A stretch of 64,000 bases of DNA from positions 2,560,001-2,624,000 of the forward strand of contig CAWHDR010000001.1 in NCBI GenBank assembly GCA_963828165.1. The letters run 5' to 3'. The translations under genes and the position numbers were made by a program. The notes under the pieces are model-generated. The model had not been told where the DNA came from, searched no databases, and was given only the letters and a program-made list of their open reading frames with translations. The first letter of the stretch is position 1. Every line of letters begins with the position of its first letter. Below are positions 20,005-30,067 of this stretch, in pieces. The DNA is from an uncultured Chloroflexia bacterium (GTDB lineage Bacteria; Chloroflexota; Limnocylindria; Limnocylindrales; CSP1-4).

Positions 20005-20960
20005 CGACGAATGCTGCCTTCGATCCACTCGAGGTTGGGACCACGATCCAACGTCAGATCGGCGTCAAGACGTCCCGACACGAGCCGCTGGCGCGCTTCA
20101 CGACGATGCGCGTCGGTGGCCCGGCCGACCTGTTCGCGAGCGTGCACAACGTCTTCGAGCTGCGCCGCATCGTCAGGTTCGCGCGCGCGCGCGACCTTCC
20201 GCATCTCGTGCTCGGGCGCGGGAGTGACGTCGTGATCAGCGACCACGGGGTTCGCGGCATCGTGATCCAGGACCGCGCGGAGGGTTCACGCGTGGAGGGC
20301 GAGCGCTACACGGCCGAGGCCGGTGTCCCGATGGCCCGGGCCGCGACCGAGACGCAGAAGGCGGGCCTGACCGGGCTCGAGTTCGGGTTGGCCATCCCGG
20401 GCTCGGTCGGCGGGGCGGTGTGGGCGAACGCCGGGGCGCACGACGCCGACATGGCGGGCGTGCTGGTGTCCGCGCGCGTGCTCGACGGCCAGGGCACGGA
20501 GGCGATCGTGCCCGCCGCGGACCTCGGGCTCAGCTACCGCGACAGCCGGTTCAAGCACGTACCGCCGGACGCGCCACCCGAGCTCGTGCTCGATGCGACC
20601 TTCCAGCTGCGCCCGGCGGATCCCGACGTGATCAAGGCCAGGCTCGACGAGATCCGCCGCTGGCGGCAGACCCACCAGCCGCTGGGGCTGCCGTCGGCCG
20701 GAAGCGTCTTTCGCAATCCGGAGGGCGAATCGGCCGGCCGGCTGATCGAGGACGTCGGCCTCAAGGGCCACCGGATCGGTGGAGCGGTCGTCTCCGAAAA
20801 GCACGCGAACTTCATCGTCAACGACCAGAAGGGCACGGCCGCGGACGTGCGCCGCCTGGCCGAGCACGTCCGGGGCGTCGTCGCCGAGCGCCATGGCGTC
20901 GAGCTTGCATTCGAGGTCGAATTCCTCGGCGATTGGGACGGCTGGCCGTGGCCGGCATGA
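20001..20960 (+). CDS. murB: UDP-N-acetylenolpyruvoylglucosamine reductase
   Basis: TTMRVGGPA, IPGSVGGA, YRDSRF, SAGSVFRNP, SEKHANFIVN. Confidence 0.95.
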   Translation: MTTNAAFDPLEVGTTIQRQIGVKTSRHEPLARFTTMRVGGPADLFASVHNVFELRRIVRFARARDLPHLVLGRGSDVVISDHGVRGIVIQDRAEGSRVEGERYTAEAGVPMARAATETQKAGLTGLEFGLAIPGSVGGAVWANAGAHDADMAGVLVSARVLDGQGTEAIVPAADLGLSYRDSRFKHVPPDAPPELVLDATFQLRPADPDVIKARLDEIRRWRQTHQPLGLPSAGSVFRNPEGESAGRLIEDVGLKGHRIGGAVVSEKHANFIVNDQKGTAADVRRLAEHVRGVVAERHGVELAFEVEFLGDWDGWPWPA

Positions 20961-22149
20961 CGGCCCCGGGCGAGACACGGCCCCCGGCGACGACACGGCC
21001 CCCGGCGGGAGCGTCGCGAGCCAGGAGCGGGTCCGCGCCCTGCCACCCATCGTCGTCCTGCTCGGCGGTCCGTCGGCCGAACACGATGTCTCGATCGTCT
21101 CGGGCACTGCCATCGCGACCGCCCTCGCCGACGCCGGCGCGAGCGTCTCCCAGGTCCTGATCGGCCTCGACGGCGCGTGGTGGTGGCTCCCCGCCGACCA
21201 CCGCCGCGACGACAGTTCCGCGGCGGCATACGACGATCCGGAGGCGCTTGGCGGCGAGGGACCGGTCGCCGTGGGCGCCGCCCTCGACCGGCTCGCAGCG
21301 ATGGATCCGCGACCCGTCGTGGTGATCGGACTCCATGGGCCCTTCGGGGAAGACGGCACGATCCAGGCGCTGCTCGATGCCGCCGGGCTCGCCTACACGG
21401 GATCCGGCGTCGCGGCCTCCGCGCTCGGGATGGACAAGGCCCTGTTCAAGCGGATGTGCCGCGGCCTGGGCCTCCCCGTGGTCGACTGGCGCGAGGTTCC
21501 CGCCCGACGGTGGGCCGCGGACCGGGCGGCCGTGGAAGGCGAGATGGCCGCGTTCGCGGCCGGTGGGGCGGACCCGCGCCTGATGGTCAAGCCCGCCGGC
21601 CTCGGCAGCTCCGTGGGCATGACCCTCGTCCATCGACCCGACGAGCTCGGCGTGGCGATCGATCTCGCCCTGCGCTACGACACGGTCGCCGTCGTCGAGA
21701 CGTACGTGCCCGAGGCGCGCGACCTCGAGGTATCGGTCATCGGCAACGACCACGCCCATCTCGAGATCTACGGCCCTGGCGAGATCGTCAGCGGCAACGA
21801 GTTCTATGACTATGCCGCGAAGTACACACCCGGCTTGTCGGAGACATCGACCCGCGCCGAGGTGGACGACAGGACGCGGGCGAGCATCCACAAGCTGTCG
21901 CGCGACGTCTACCGCGCGATCGGCGCGGAGGGTTTCGCCCGGATCGACTTCCTGGTCGCTGGCGACCGGATCATCGTGTCCGAGATCAACACGATCCCGG
22001 GTTTCACGCCGATCAGCCTGTTCCCGACGATGCCGAGCGAGGGCGGCTACACCTTCACGGACGTGTGCGTCCGGATCGTGGAGCTGGCCCTGGAGCGCTT
22101 CGCGGCCCGGCCGGAGACACACCTGCAGACGACCGACCTGCCCCGATGA
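20957..22149 (+). CDS. ddl: D-alanine--D-alanine ligase; probable indel near the start
   Basis: GGPSAEHDVS, LHGPFGEDG, MDK, GSSVG, YDYAAKY, EINTIPGFT. ATG 20957 joins the frame if one base is restored near 20973 (MTAPGxDTAPGDDTAPG). Confidence 0.9.
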
Positions 22150-23042
22150 ATCAGCGCCCGCCGGCCCGCCGGGCTCCGCCGGCTCGACCAACGACGCGCA
22201 AGCCACATACCGAATCGCCCATCCGCCGGACGCGAACGGTGCGGCGTGCCTCAGCGGGCCTGTCACCGGTCCGGGCAGGCGCGATCCTCGTGATGCTGCT
22301 GTCTGCCGGTGCCGCCTACGGCGTCGGGAACGCATCGGCATTCTCGTTCGGACACATCGTCCTCGAAGGGGCAGCGTTCACGGACCCCGAAGCCATCGAG
22401 AGTGCCCTCGACGACGTCCGCGGCGCGAACCTGTTCGGGTTGCGCACGGCCCCGCTCGAAGCCGACCTGCGCGAGCTGCCGACGATCCGGGGCGCCGAGG
22501 TCAGCGTCCGCCTGCCGGACAGCCTCGTCGTCCGCGTCGAGGAGCGCACGCCGATCCTCGTCTGGCGGGTGGGGGCCAGACGCTACCTCGTCGATGCCGA
22601 CGGCCGCCTCTTCGCACGGCTGGGTGAGGACGAGGCTCAGACCGCCGATGCTGCCGCCCTGCCGGTCGTGGAGGACCGTCGTGCCACCTCGGCCGGCCTG
22701 TCGGTCGGTAGCAAGCTCGAGGCCGTCGATCTCGATGCCGCCACCCGACTCGCGTCGCTGAAGCCGGCAGATGTCGGCAGCGAAGCGAAGAGCCTGAGCG
22801 TCGTCGTCGGCGATGCGAACGGCTTCATCGTCCGGGCGCGCCCCGATGACTGGTCGGCCGTGTTCGGCTTCTACACGCTCAGCCTGCGCACCCCCGAGCT
22901 GATCCCGGGACAGGTCCGCCTGCTGCGCAGCCTGCTCATCGGGCGCGAGCCGCTGATCGACAAGGTCATCCTCGCGTCCGAGACGGACGGCACCTACACC
23001 GTCAAGCCGACACCCCGTCCCAGCGCGACCCCCGCGCCGTGA
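22146..23042 (+). CDS. ftsQ: Cell division protein FtsQ/DivIB (POTRA)
   Basis: TM helix followed by POTRA-like LPTIRGAEVSVRLPDSLVVRVEERTP and YLVDADG; position after ddl. Confidence 0.85.
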   Translation: MNQRPPARRAPPARPTTRKPHTESPIRRTRTVRRASAGLSPVRAGAILVMLLSAGAAYGVGNASAFSFGHIVLEGAAFTDPEAIESALDDVRGANLFGLRTAPLEADLRELPTIRGAEVSVRLPDSLVVRVEERTPILVWRVGARRYLVDADGRLFARLGEDEAQTADAAALPVVEDRRATSAGLSVGSKLEAVDLDAATRLASLKPADVGSEAKSLSVVVGDANGFIVRARPDDWSAVFGFYTLSLRTPELIPGQVRLLRSLLIGREPLIDKVILASETDGTYTVKPTPRPSATPAP

Positions 23043-23081
23043 TAGCCTTGCCGAAACCCGCTGAGCGAGGACGTCGACCAC

Positions 23082-23405
23082 GTGCTGTTACCCCTGCTCG
23101 GGCTCCTCGTGGGCGTCCTGGCAGGGCTCGTCCTCAACATCAACGTCGGCTTCGAGCTCAGCCGCTACTCGGCCGTGGCGATCCTCGCCGCGCTCGATTC
23201 GGTGCTCGGAGCGGTGCGGGCGGAGCTCGATGGGGTCTACGACAATCGCATCTTCATCAGTGGCTTTCTGGTCAATGCGATCATCGCGGTCCTGTTGACG
23301 TTCATCGGCGACCGGCTCGGCCTGGACCTGTACCTGGTGGCCCTCCTCGCCTTCGGCCTGCGCATCTTCGATAACGTGGCGCTCATCCGACGCCACTTCC
23401 TCTAG
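23082..23405 (+). CDS. sbp: Small basic protein (DUF1290)
   Basis: YSAVAILAALDSVLGAVRA...GLDLYL...FGLRIFDNVALIRR; usual position before ftsA. Confidence 0.88.
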   Translation: MLLPLLGLLVGVLAGLVLNINVGFELSRYSAVAILAALDSVLGAVRAELDGVYDNRIFISGFLVNAIIAVLLTFIGDRLGLDLYLVALLAFGLRIFDNVALIRRHFL

Positions 23406-23420
23406 GAGACCAATCGAACG

Positions 23421-24653
23421 GTGGAACGAGAAGCGGTCCTCGTCGGCATCGACGTCGGCACCAGCAAGGTCTGCGCGCTCATCGGCGAGGTGAGTCGCGA
23501 CGGGCGCCTGACGATCATGGGCCATGGGACCGTCCCGGCGTCCGGCCTCAAGAAGGGCGTCGTCATCAACATCGACCAGACCGTCCGCTCCATCGCGGAC
23601 GCGGTCGAGCGCGCCGAGCGCCTGTCGGGCTGGAAGATCGACCGCGCCTTTGTCGGAGTCGGCGGGCAGCACGTCGAGAGCCTCAATTCGCCGGGCCAGG
23701 TCGCCGTCACGGGCCACCACCGGGAGGTCGCGCGGGAGGACGTCAACCGGGCGATCGAGGTCGCGCGGGCCGTGCCGATCCCGTCGAACCGCGAGGTCCT
23801 CCATGTCGAGCGGCGCGGGTTCAGCGTGGACGGCCAGGAAGGCGTCAAGGATCCGTTGGGCATGAGCGCGTTGCGGCTCGAGGTCGAGACCCACATCGTC
23901 ACGGCCTCGGCGACCGCGGTCCAGAACCTCTCGAAGTGCGTGGCCGCGGCAGGCGTGAAGATCGATGAGCTCGTGGTCAACTCGCTGGCCTCCGCGGACG
24001 CCGTGCTCAACGAGACCGAGAAGGAGCTCGGCGTGGCCGTCGCGGACATCGGCGCCGGCACCATCGATCTCGCGTTGTTCCAGGAGGGCTCGCCGTTCCA
24101 CACCCGGGTCCTGCCGGTCGGCGGCAACAACGTCACCAACGACGTGGCGATCGGGCTCAAGACGTCGCTGGCGGTCGCCGAAGAGCTCAAGATCCGGCAC
24201 GGTTCGGCCGACCTCAAGGCGGTCAGCGAGGACGAAGAGATCAGCGTCAGCGTCCTCGGCGAAGAGGCGGGGCGGACGGTCAGCCGGCTCGAGGTGTGCC
24301 AGATCATCGAGGCGCGGATGCGCGAGACGTTCGAGCTGCTGCGCAATGAGATCCGGGCCGCAGGGGTGCGACAGCTGCCGGCCGGCATCATCCTGACCGG
24401 CGGCGCCGCGCAACTGTCGGGGATCGCCGAGCTCGGCCGCGAGGTCCTCGAGATGCCGGTCCGGGTAGCCGGTCCGACGAACATCGGCGGACTCGTCGAC
24501 ACCCTGCTGACACCGGCCTACAGCACGGGCGTGGGGCTGCTGCAGTGGGGAGCGACCACGCTCGGCGGCGGGGAGCCGCTGCGCTACGAGTCGGCGCCCG
24601 CGATGGGCGGCCTCGGCCGGATCCGCGATGCGCTCCGGAGCATCTTTCCTTAG
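23421..24653 (+). CDS. ftsA: Cell division protein FtsA
   Basis: DVGTSKV, GLKKGVV, DIGAGT, AEELKI, LTGGAA. Confidence 0.96.
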   Translation: MEREAVLVGIDVGTSKVCALIGEVSRDGRLTIMGHGTVPASGLKKGVVINIDQTVRSIADAVERAERLSGWKIDRAFVGVGGQHVESLNSPGQVAVTGHHREVAREDVNRAIEVARAVPIPSNREVLHVERRGFSVDGQEGVKDPLGMSALRLEVETHIVTASATAVQNLSKCVAAAGVKIDELVVNSLASADAVLNETEKELGVAVADIGAGTIDLALFQEGSPFHTRVLPVGGNNVTNDVAIGLKTSLAVAEELKIRHGSADLKAVSEDEEISVSVLGEEAGRTVSRLEVCQIIEARMRETFELLRNEIRAAGVRQLPAGIILTGGAAQLSGIAELGREVLEMPVRVAGPTNIGGLVDTLLTPAYSTGVGLLQWGATTLGGGEPLRYESAPAMGGLGRIRDALRSIFP

Positions 24654-24725
24654 CCGCATGGCTCGCAGGGTCGTCGCCTCCGCCTGCGGAGGGACTCCGG
24701 CGCCAGACCGGAGCGTCGCGGTGGC

Positions 24726-25139
24726 ATGAATACGCGGGAGCTCACGGTCCGGACTGGTTCCGCGCGTGGCGTGGCCGACTTGACCGCGGCCTGCACGGCG
24801 TTCCTCGGGGACATCGGCGCGGGTGACGGCCTGCTCTCGATCTTCGTGCCCCACGCGACCGCCGGGCTCGTCATCGTCGAGATCGGGGCCGGGTCTGACG
24901 ACGACCTGCTGGACGCGCTCGATCGGCTGTTGCCACGCGAGGAGCGCCTGTACCGGCACCGTCATGGCTCACCGGGTCACGGCGCCGATCACGTCCTGCC
25001 GCTGCTGGCGCCGCCGACGCTGACGGTCCCGGTCATCGACGGGGGCATGGCCCTTGGGACGTGGCAGTCGATCTGCCTGCTGGACCCGAACGCGGACAAC
25101 ATGGATCGGACGGTCCGACTGAGCTTTCTGCCCGGCTGA
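24726..25139 (+). CDS. YjbQ/UPF0047 family protein
   Basis: FVPHATAG, YRHRHGSPGHGADH, LGTWQSI. Confidence 0.88.
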   Translation: MNTRELTVRTGSARGVADLTAACTAFLGDIGAGDGLLSIFVPHATAGLVIVEIGAGSDDDLLDALDRLLPREERLYRHRHGSPGHGADHVLPLLAPPTLTVPVIDGGMALGTWQSICLLDPNADNMDRTVRLSFLPG

Positions 25140-25342
25140 TCCGGCTCCCGGCGGAAGACCTCGGTGCCCCGACGCACCGTCCGGCCGTTCGCGGGCCAGC
25201 TTCTCGTCCCCACCCGTTGCGGGTCGGCGCTATACTCCCGCCCAACCCCAAGCCGATCCGGCCGGATGACTGCCCTGCCGGGTCCCGACGCACCGCCACA
25301 CGTCGTCGCCCATGACCCCGAGGGTCGCCGGAGGAATACCTG

Positions 25343-26578
25343 ATGCCGTTGCGTTCCGATTCCGAGAACTTCGCGCTGATCCGCGTCATCGGCGTCGGCG
25401 GGGGCGGCAGCAATGCCGTCAACCGGATGATTCGCGCCGAGATGATGGGCGTCGAATTCATCGCCTGCAACACGGACGCCCAGGCGCTCCTGCAGTCGGA
25501 CGCGCCGCACAAGATCCGGATCGGCGACAAGGTCACACGCGGTCTCGGTGCCGGCGGCGACTCGCAGCTGGGCCAGCGCTCCGCGGAAGAGGACTCGGAG
25601 AAGATCGCGGCCGCACTGGCGGACTCCGACATGGTGTTCATCACCGCGGGTCTCGGTGGCGGGACCGGGTCAGGTGCCGCGCCGGTCGTCGCGCAGATCG
25701 CCAAGGACGCCGGCGCCCTGACGATCGGTGTCGTGACGAAGCCGTTCGCGTTCGAGGGCAACAAGCGAAAGCTCGTCGCTGAGAAGTCCGCCGAGGAGCT
25801 CAAGGCGCAGGTCGATGCGCTCATCACGATCCCGAACGACCGGCTCAAGGACGTCGTCCAGAAGAACACGAGCATCCTCGATGCGTTCCGGGTCGTCGAC
25901 GACGTGCTGCGCCAGGGCGTCCAGGGGATCAGCGACATCATCACGATGCCGGGCCTGATCAACCAGGACTTCGCCGACGTCCGCGCGATCATGAAGGACG
26001 CCGGGTCCGCGCTGATGGGTATCGGTCGGGCGACGGGCGAGAACCGCGCGGTCGAAGCCGCGCAGCAGGCGATCGCCAGCCCGCTGCTCGAGCTCGACAT
26101 CCACGGCGCGCAGGGCATCCTCTGGAACATCACCGGCTCGTCGAACCTGTCGCTCTACGAGGTCAACGAGGCGGCCGAGGCCATCAAGGAGGCCGCCGAC
26201 CCGGAGGCCAACATCATCTTCGGGACGAGCTTCAACGAGCGTCTGGGCGAAGAGGTCATGGTCACGGTCATCGCGACCGGCTTCGACGGCGGCAAGAAGC
26301 GCCAGTCGGTCCATCGCGAGTCGACCGGGGTCATGGACACGTCGAGCACCGGCCGCGCCTCGCACGAGCGTGACTTCCTCGAGGAGCTCCAGCGCCAGCG
26401 CCAGGAGGTCACCGACGGCAGCAGCCCGTTCACGGCTCCGGAGCGCGAGGACGAGACGGCCGCGCTCGCGTCCGTGCCGCGCGTCGAGCGGAGCGTCGGG
26501 GAGCCCGCCCCGGTGCGCCACCAGACGACCTACGACGCCGACGATCTCGAGATCCCGAGCTTCCTGCGCCGCAAGTGA
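25343..26578 (+). CDS. ftsZ: Cell division GTPase FtsZ
   Basis: [21 protein letters not shown]-terminal LEIPSFLR; own TATACT -10 at 25231-25236. Confidence 0.98.
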   Translation: MPLRSDSENFALIRVIGVGGGGSNAVNRMIRAEMMGVEFIACNTDAQALLQSDAPHKIRIGDKVTRGLGAGGDSQLGQRSAEEDSEKIAAALADSDMVFITAGLGGGTGSGAAPVVAQIAKDAGALTIGVVTKPFAFEGNKRKLVAEKSAEELKAQVDALITIPNDRLKDVVQKNTSILDAFRVVDDVLRQGVQGISDIITMPGLINQDFADVRAIMKDAGSALMGIGRATGENRAVEAAQQAIASPLLELDIHGAQGILWNITGSSNLSLYEVNEAAEAIKEAADPEANIIFGTSFNERLGEEVMVTVIATGFDGGKKRQSVHRESTGVMDTSSTGRASHERDFLEELQRQRQEVTDGSSPFTAPEREDETAALASVPRVERSVGEPAPVRHQTTYDADDLEIPSFLRRK

Positions 26579-26611
26579 CCGACGCCGGCGACGGCCGGCT
26601 CCCGCGCTGAC

Positions 26612-27367
26612 ATGACCGAGCGATCGGACGCCGGCGTCACGGCACTCGCGACGGCACGCGCCGACGTGCTGGCACGCATCGCCGCAGCTTGCGAACGGGT
26701 CGGACGATCGCCCGCCGACATCACCCTGGTCGCAGTCTCCAAGACGGTCGATGCCGCCCGGCTGCGCGATGCCGTGGCCGCCGGTCTCACGCTCCTCGGC
26801 GAGAATCGCGTCCAGGAGGGCGCCGCCAAGGCCGCCGACGTCCCCGGTGCGCGCTGGCACCTGATCGGCCCCCTGCAGTCCAACAAGGCGCGCCGGGCAC
26901 TCGAGGTGTACGAGGCCATCCAGTCGGTCGAATCCGTCGGGCTGGCGGAACGGCTCGACCGGCTTGCGCGCGAGGTTCGCGAGGCAGGTCCCCAGGATCG
27001 CTATCCGATCCTGCTCCAGGTCAACGTCGACGACGACCCGGCCAAGGCCGGCTTCCAGCCGGACGCCCTGCCCGAGGCGCTGCGACGCATCGCCGCGCTC
27101 GACGCACTTGATGTACGTGGCCTCATGACGATCGGGCGACTGGTCGAGCGAGCGGAGGCGGCCCGTCCCACCTTCGCCGCCCTGCGCGGCCTGTCCGAGC
27201 GCCTGCGTATGGGCGGTGGGTCGCTCGGGCCGGACCTGTCGATGGGCATGACCGACGACTTCGAGGTCGCGATCGAGGAGGGGGCGACGATCGTCCGTGT
27301 CGGCCGGGCGCTTTTCGGGGAGCGGCCACATCAGCACGGCGGCGGCCCGGTCGACCACACGCATTGA
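26612..27367 (+). CDS. yggS: PLP homeostasis protein (YggS/PLPBP)
   Basis: LVAVSK, GENRVQE, HLIGPLQSNK, LSMGMT, VRVGRALFG. Confidence 0.95.
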   Translation: MTERSDAGVTALATARADVLARIAAACERVGRSPADITLVAVSKTVDAARLRDAVAAGLTLLGENRVQEGAAKAADVPGARWHLIGPLQSNKARRALEVYEAIQSVESVGLAERLDRLAREVREAGPQDRYPILLQVNVDDDPAKAGFQPDALPEALRRIAALDALDVRGLMTIGRLVERAEAARPTFAALRGLSERLRMGGGSLGPDLSMGMTDDFEVAIEEGATIVRVGRALFGERPHQHGGGPVDHTH

Positions 27368-27418
27368 GGCGGCGCCGCAGGAACGATGCCCTGACCCTCG
27401 TACGGTAGACTCGGGCTC

Positions 27419-27664
27419 GTGGGTACGAGCTTCCTCGCGAACTTCCTCCAGTTCCTGTTGATCGCGCTCTGGGCCCTCGTCCTTGGGCGGATGCTCATGT
27501 CCTGGGTGGACCCGACCGGGCGCAACCAGATCTCGATGTTCCTCTTCCAGGCGACCGAGCCCATCCTGGCGCCGGTCCGGCGGATGCTGCCCCAGAGCGG
27601 GATGATCGACTGGTCGGGGTTCATCGTGTTGATCGTCCTCGGCTTCCTGTGGCGCGCCTTCTGA
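27419..27664 (+). CDS. yggT: YggT family membrane protein
   Basis: LMSW...TEPILAPVRR...IDWS. Confidence 0.9.
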   Translation: MGTSFLANFLQFLLIALWALVLGRMLMSWVDPTGRNQISMFLFQATEPILAPVRRMLPQSGMIDWSGFIVLIVLGFLWRAF

Positions 27665-27665
27665 T

Positions 27666-27947
27666 TTGAGCTCCCCCGACGTCCGCTTCGCCGTCCGCCT
27701 CACTCCGAGGGCCGCGGCCGACCGCGTCGATGGCGTCGTGAACGGGGTCCTACGAGCACGCGTCGGGGCACCGGCGGTGGAGGGGGCGGCGAACAACGCC
27801 CTCATCCGGCTCATCGCCGACGAGCTCGGGGTCTCCCGGCGGGACGTTCGGATCGTGGCGGGTGCCTCATCGCGGCAGAAGCTGCTGGTGGTCGACGGCG
27901 GCGATCCGGATGCCATCGTCGCCCGGTGGCCCGGGCTGAACATCTGA
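27666..27947 (+). CDS. yggU: DUF167/YggU family protein
   Basis: VRLTPRA, APAVEGAAN, GASSRQK. Confidence 0.88.
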   Translation: MSSPDVRFAVRLTPRAAADRVDGVVNGVLRARVGAPAVEGAANNALIRLIADELGVSRRDVRIVAGASSRQKLLVVDGGDPDAIVARWPGLNI

Positions 27948-27988
27948 GGGGGGTCGGGTATCATCGGCCGGTCGTCGCAGGACGGCCC

Positions 27989-28065
27989 GGGCGATTAGCT
28001 CAGTTGGTCAGAGCGTACGGTTCACATCCGTAAGGTCACTGGTTCGAGCCCAGTATCGCCCACCA
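27989..28065 (+). tRNA. tRNA-Val (anticodon CAC)
   Basis: Cloverleaf GGGCGAT...ATCGCCC-A-CCA; anticodon arm TACGG-TTCACAT-CCGTA; T-loop TTCGAGC; encoded CCA. Confidence 0.96.
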
Positions 28066-28247
28066 AACCGTCATGGATCGCGGGGCCTTCTGGGGCACGC
28101 GGCCGGTCAGCTGCTCGAGACGGGGCACGGTCGTCACATCGGACGGATCCTTACCGAGCTCGACACGTAGCGACCAGGTCCACCCGAGGACCTCGTCGAT
28201 CTGAGCGGCCGAGCGGGTGGGGCATGGAAGCGACCCGCGTCGCGGTC

Positions 28248-29123
28248 CTAGCCTTCCAGGACCTCTCGCAGCTTCGCCGCGAAGGCTTCCGGCTCGCCGG
28301 GCGGCTGCCCGTACTCGCCACCCATGAACCCGCTATGGCCGCTCGGGAAGATCACCGGCTCCGTGCCGAGTCGCTGGGCTACGGCCAGCGTGCCGCGGCT
28401 CGACATGATGCCCTCCGACTCGACGCCCGCCGCCATGACGATCCTGGTCGAGGCCGCCCGGAGCGCCTCGAAGTCGGGTTCGTAGTGCGTCGTGCCGATG
28501 ATCGTCTGGCCCATCAGCGGATCGGTGCGGTTGCCGTCATCCTGGGTCGGCATCCCGAACATGGCCGGGTCGGGCGCCGGCTGCTGCGCGATGTCGTTGG
28601 GGAACTCGCCCTGATGGCTGACGATGGCGATGAAATGGGCCATGCCGGCGCCGAAGCCGTCGCGCATGTAGGTGTCGTGCACCGCGCGGGCGGCTGCCAG
28701 CGCGTTCTCTCGATCGGGCAGCACGGTGGCGAGCGGAGGCTCGTGGGCCACCAGCGTTCGGACGTCCTCCGGATGCTTCGCGACCAGCGCAAGCGCGTTC
28801 ACGGCACCACCGCTGCTGGCGAACAGGTCGACTGGCCCACCAACCTCCTGGATGATCCGATGCAGGTCGTCGGCGTGCTCGTCCGGCGTCGACTGCGACG
28901 TCATGTCGGGCTTCGTGCTGCGGTCGGACCCGCGAACGTCGTACGTGATGATCGTCCGGTCGGGGAATTGCTTGCTGAGGCTGCCGAACCCGGCGGCACC
29001 CATCGGCGAGCCGATCAAGAACAGGGGCGGCTCGGTGCTCGAGTCATTGGGTCGCACGTCGTAGGTCAGCGTCGCGCCCGGCACGTCGAGGGTGCGGGTC
29101 GTCGCTTCGGTCACGGTCGTCAT
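28248..29123 (-). CDS. Alpha/beta hydrolase
   Basis: YDVRG, ASSGG nucleophile elbow, HEPP, FPSGHSGF; start at MTTVTE after a GAGGAG RBS. Confidence 0.85.
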   Translation of the reverse strand: MTTVTEATTRTLDVPGATLTYDVRPNDSSTEPPLFLIGSPMGAAGFGSLSKQFPDRTIITYDVRGSDRSTKPDMTSQSTPDEHADDLHRIIQEVGGPVDLFASSGGAVNALALVAKHPEDVRTLVAHEPPLATVLPDRENALAAARAVHDTYMRDGFGAGMAHFIAIVSHQGEFPNDIAQQPAPDPAMFGMPTQDDGNRTDPLMGQTIIGTTHYEPDFEALRAASTRIVMAAGVESEGIMSSRGTLAVAQRLGTEPVIFPSGHSGFMGGEYGQPPGEPEAFAAKLREVLEG

Positions 29124-29192
29124 GTCTCTCCTCGTGGTATCCGTTGGTTGGCTGTTCAGACTCCGCCGAGCCCGCGAACTCATCGGTCCGGG

Positions 29193-29699
29193 TCACGCCG
29201 AGCGGACCGCGTCCTCCGCGAGGATCGCGTCGATCTGGCCGACGGCCTGCTTCAGGCCCTCCTCCTGGCCCATGGCGAGGAGCTGCTCCATCGCCTCCGC
29301 GCTCGGGAACAGGTTCTCGATCGACATCCGGGTGCGTCCGTCGCCGATCTCCTCGATCCGCACGCGCATCTCCCCGGTCGGGAATTCGGTGTTCGGGGTG
29401 CCGTCGTCATTGGCGAAGCCGTCGCGGATGACGATGGAGTGGGGCCGATCGGCCTTGACGATGTCCCAGAACCCCCGCGGCTGGTCGCCCTCGGGGCCGG
29501 TCATGTGGTACTCCACGCGGCTGCCGGGTTCGAGACTGTGCTTGGTGAAGGTGGCGGGATAGGTCGGCGGACCCCACCAGCGCTCCAGCTGGCGCGGATC
29601 GGCCCAGAGTTGCCAGACGCGTTCCGGCGATGCCTCGAACTCCGCGTCGAGGGTCATGGTCAGAGCGTTCGGGTCCTTGCGGACGGCGGTCACGGTCAT
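29193..29699 (-). CDS. SRPBCC/AHSA1 domain protein
   Basis: PERVWQLWADP..LERWWGP; typical ArsR partner. Confidence 0.88.
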   Translation of the reverse strand: MTVTAVRKDPNALTMTLDAEFEASPERVWQLWADPRQLERWWGPPTYPATFTKHSLEPGSRVEYHMTGPEGDQPRGFWDIVKADRPHSIVIRDGFANDDGTPNTEFPTGEMRVRIEEIGDGRTRMSIENLFPSAEAMEQLLAMGQEEGLKQAVGQIDAILAEDAVRSA

Positions 29700-30031
29700 G
29701 CGTCGGTCTCCTTCGTTTCACTGACGAGCGCGGTCATCCGGTCGACCCGTCCTCGCCACAGCTCCTCGTATCGGTCGAGCAGCCGTCGTGCGACGGCAAG
29801 CCCGTGGACGTTGGTCCGGACGACCTTGCGGCGGCCGATCCGTTGCTTGCTGACCAGGCCCGCCCGCTCGAGCACGGCGACGTGCTTCTGCACCGCCGCG
29901 AAGCTCATGGCGTAGTGGCCGGCGAGCTCGGCGACGCCCTCCTCTCCGGAGATCGCCCGCCGGACGATGTCACGCCGAGTGGCATCAGACAGGGCGCTGA
30001 AGACGCGATCGATGTCCGGGGTGATCTGCAT
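29696..30031 (-). CDS. ArsR/SmtB family transcriptional regulator
   Basis: FSALSDATRRDIV, MSFAAVQKHVAVLERAGLV; the long ORF-track extension is spurious. Confidence 0.88.
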   Translation of the reverse strand: MQITPDIDRVFSALSDATRRDIVRRAISGEEGVAELAGHYAMSFAAVQKHVAVLERAGLVSKQRIGRRKVVRTNVHGLAVARRLLDRYEELWRGRVDRMTALVSETKETDA

Positions 30032-30033
30032 GG

Positions 30034-30067
30034 ATACAACCATACGGTTGTATGTAGGTCGTGTCAA
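30034..30067 (-). promoter_or_regulatory. ArsR operon promoter and palindromic operator
   Basis: Minus-strand TTGACA-N17-TATGGT overlapped by the palindrome ATACAACC-atac-GGTTGTAT (30034-30053). Confidence 0.8.

Noticed and set aside
20974-21007. Direct repeat GACACGGCCCCCGGCG x2
   Set aside because: Encodes a short DTAPG repeat in the Ddl N-terminal tail; no sign of a target-site duplication or mobile element.
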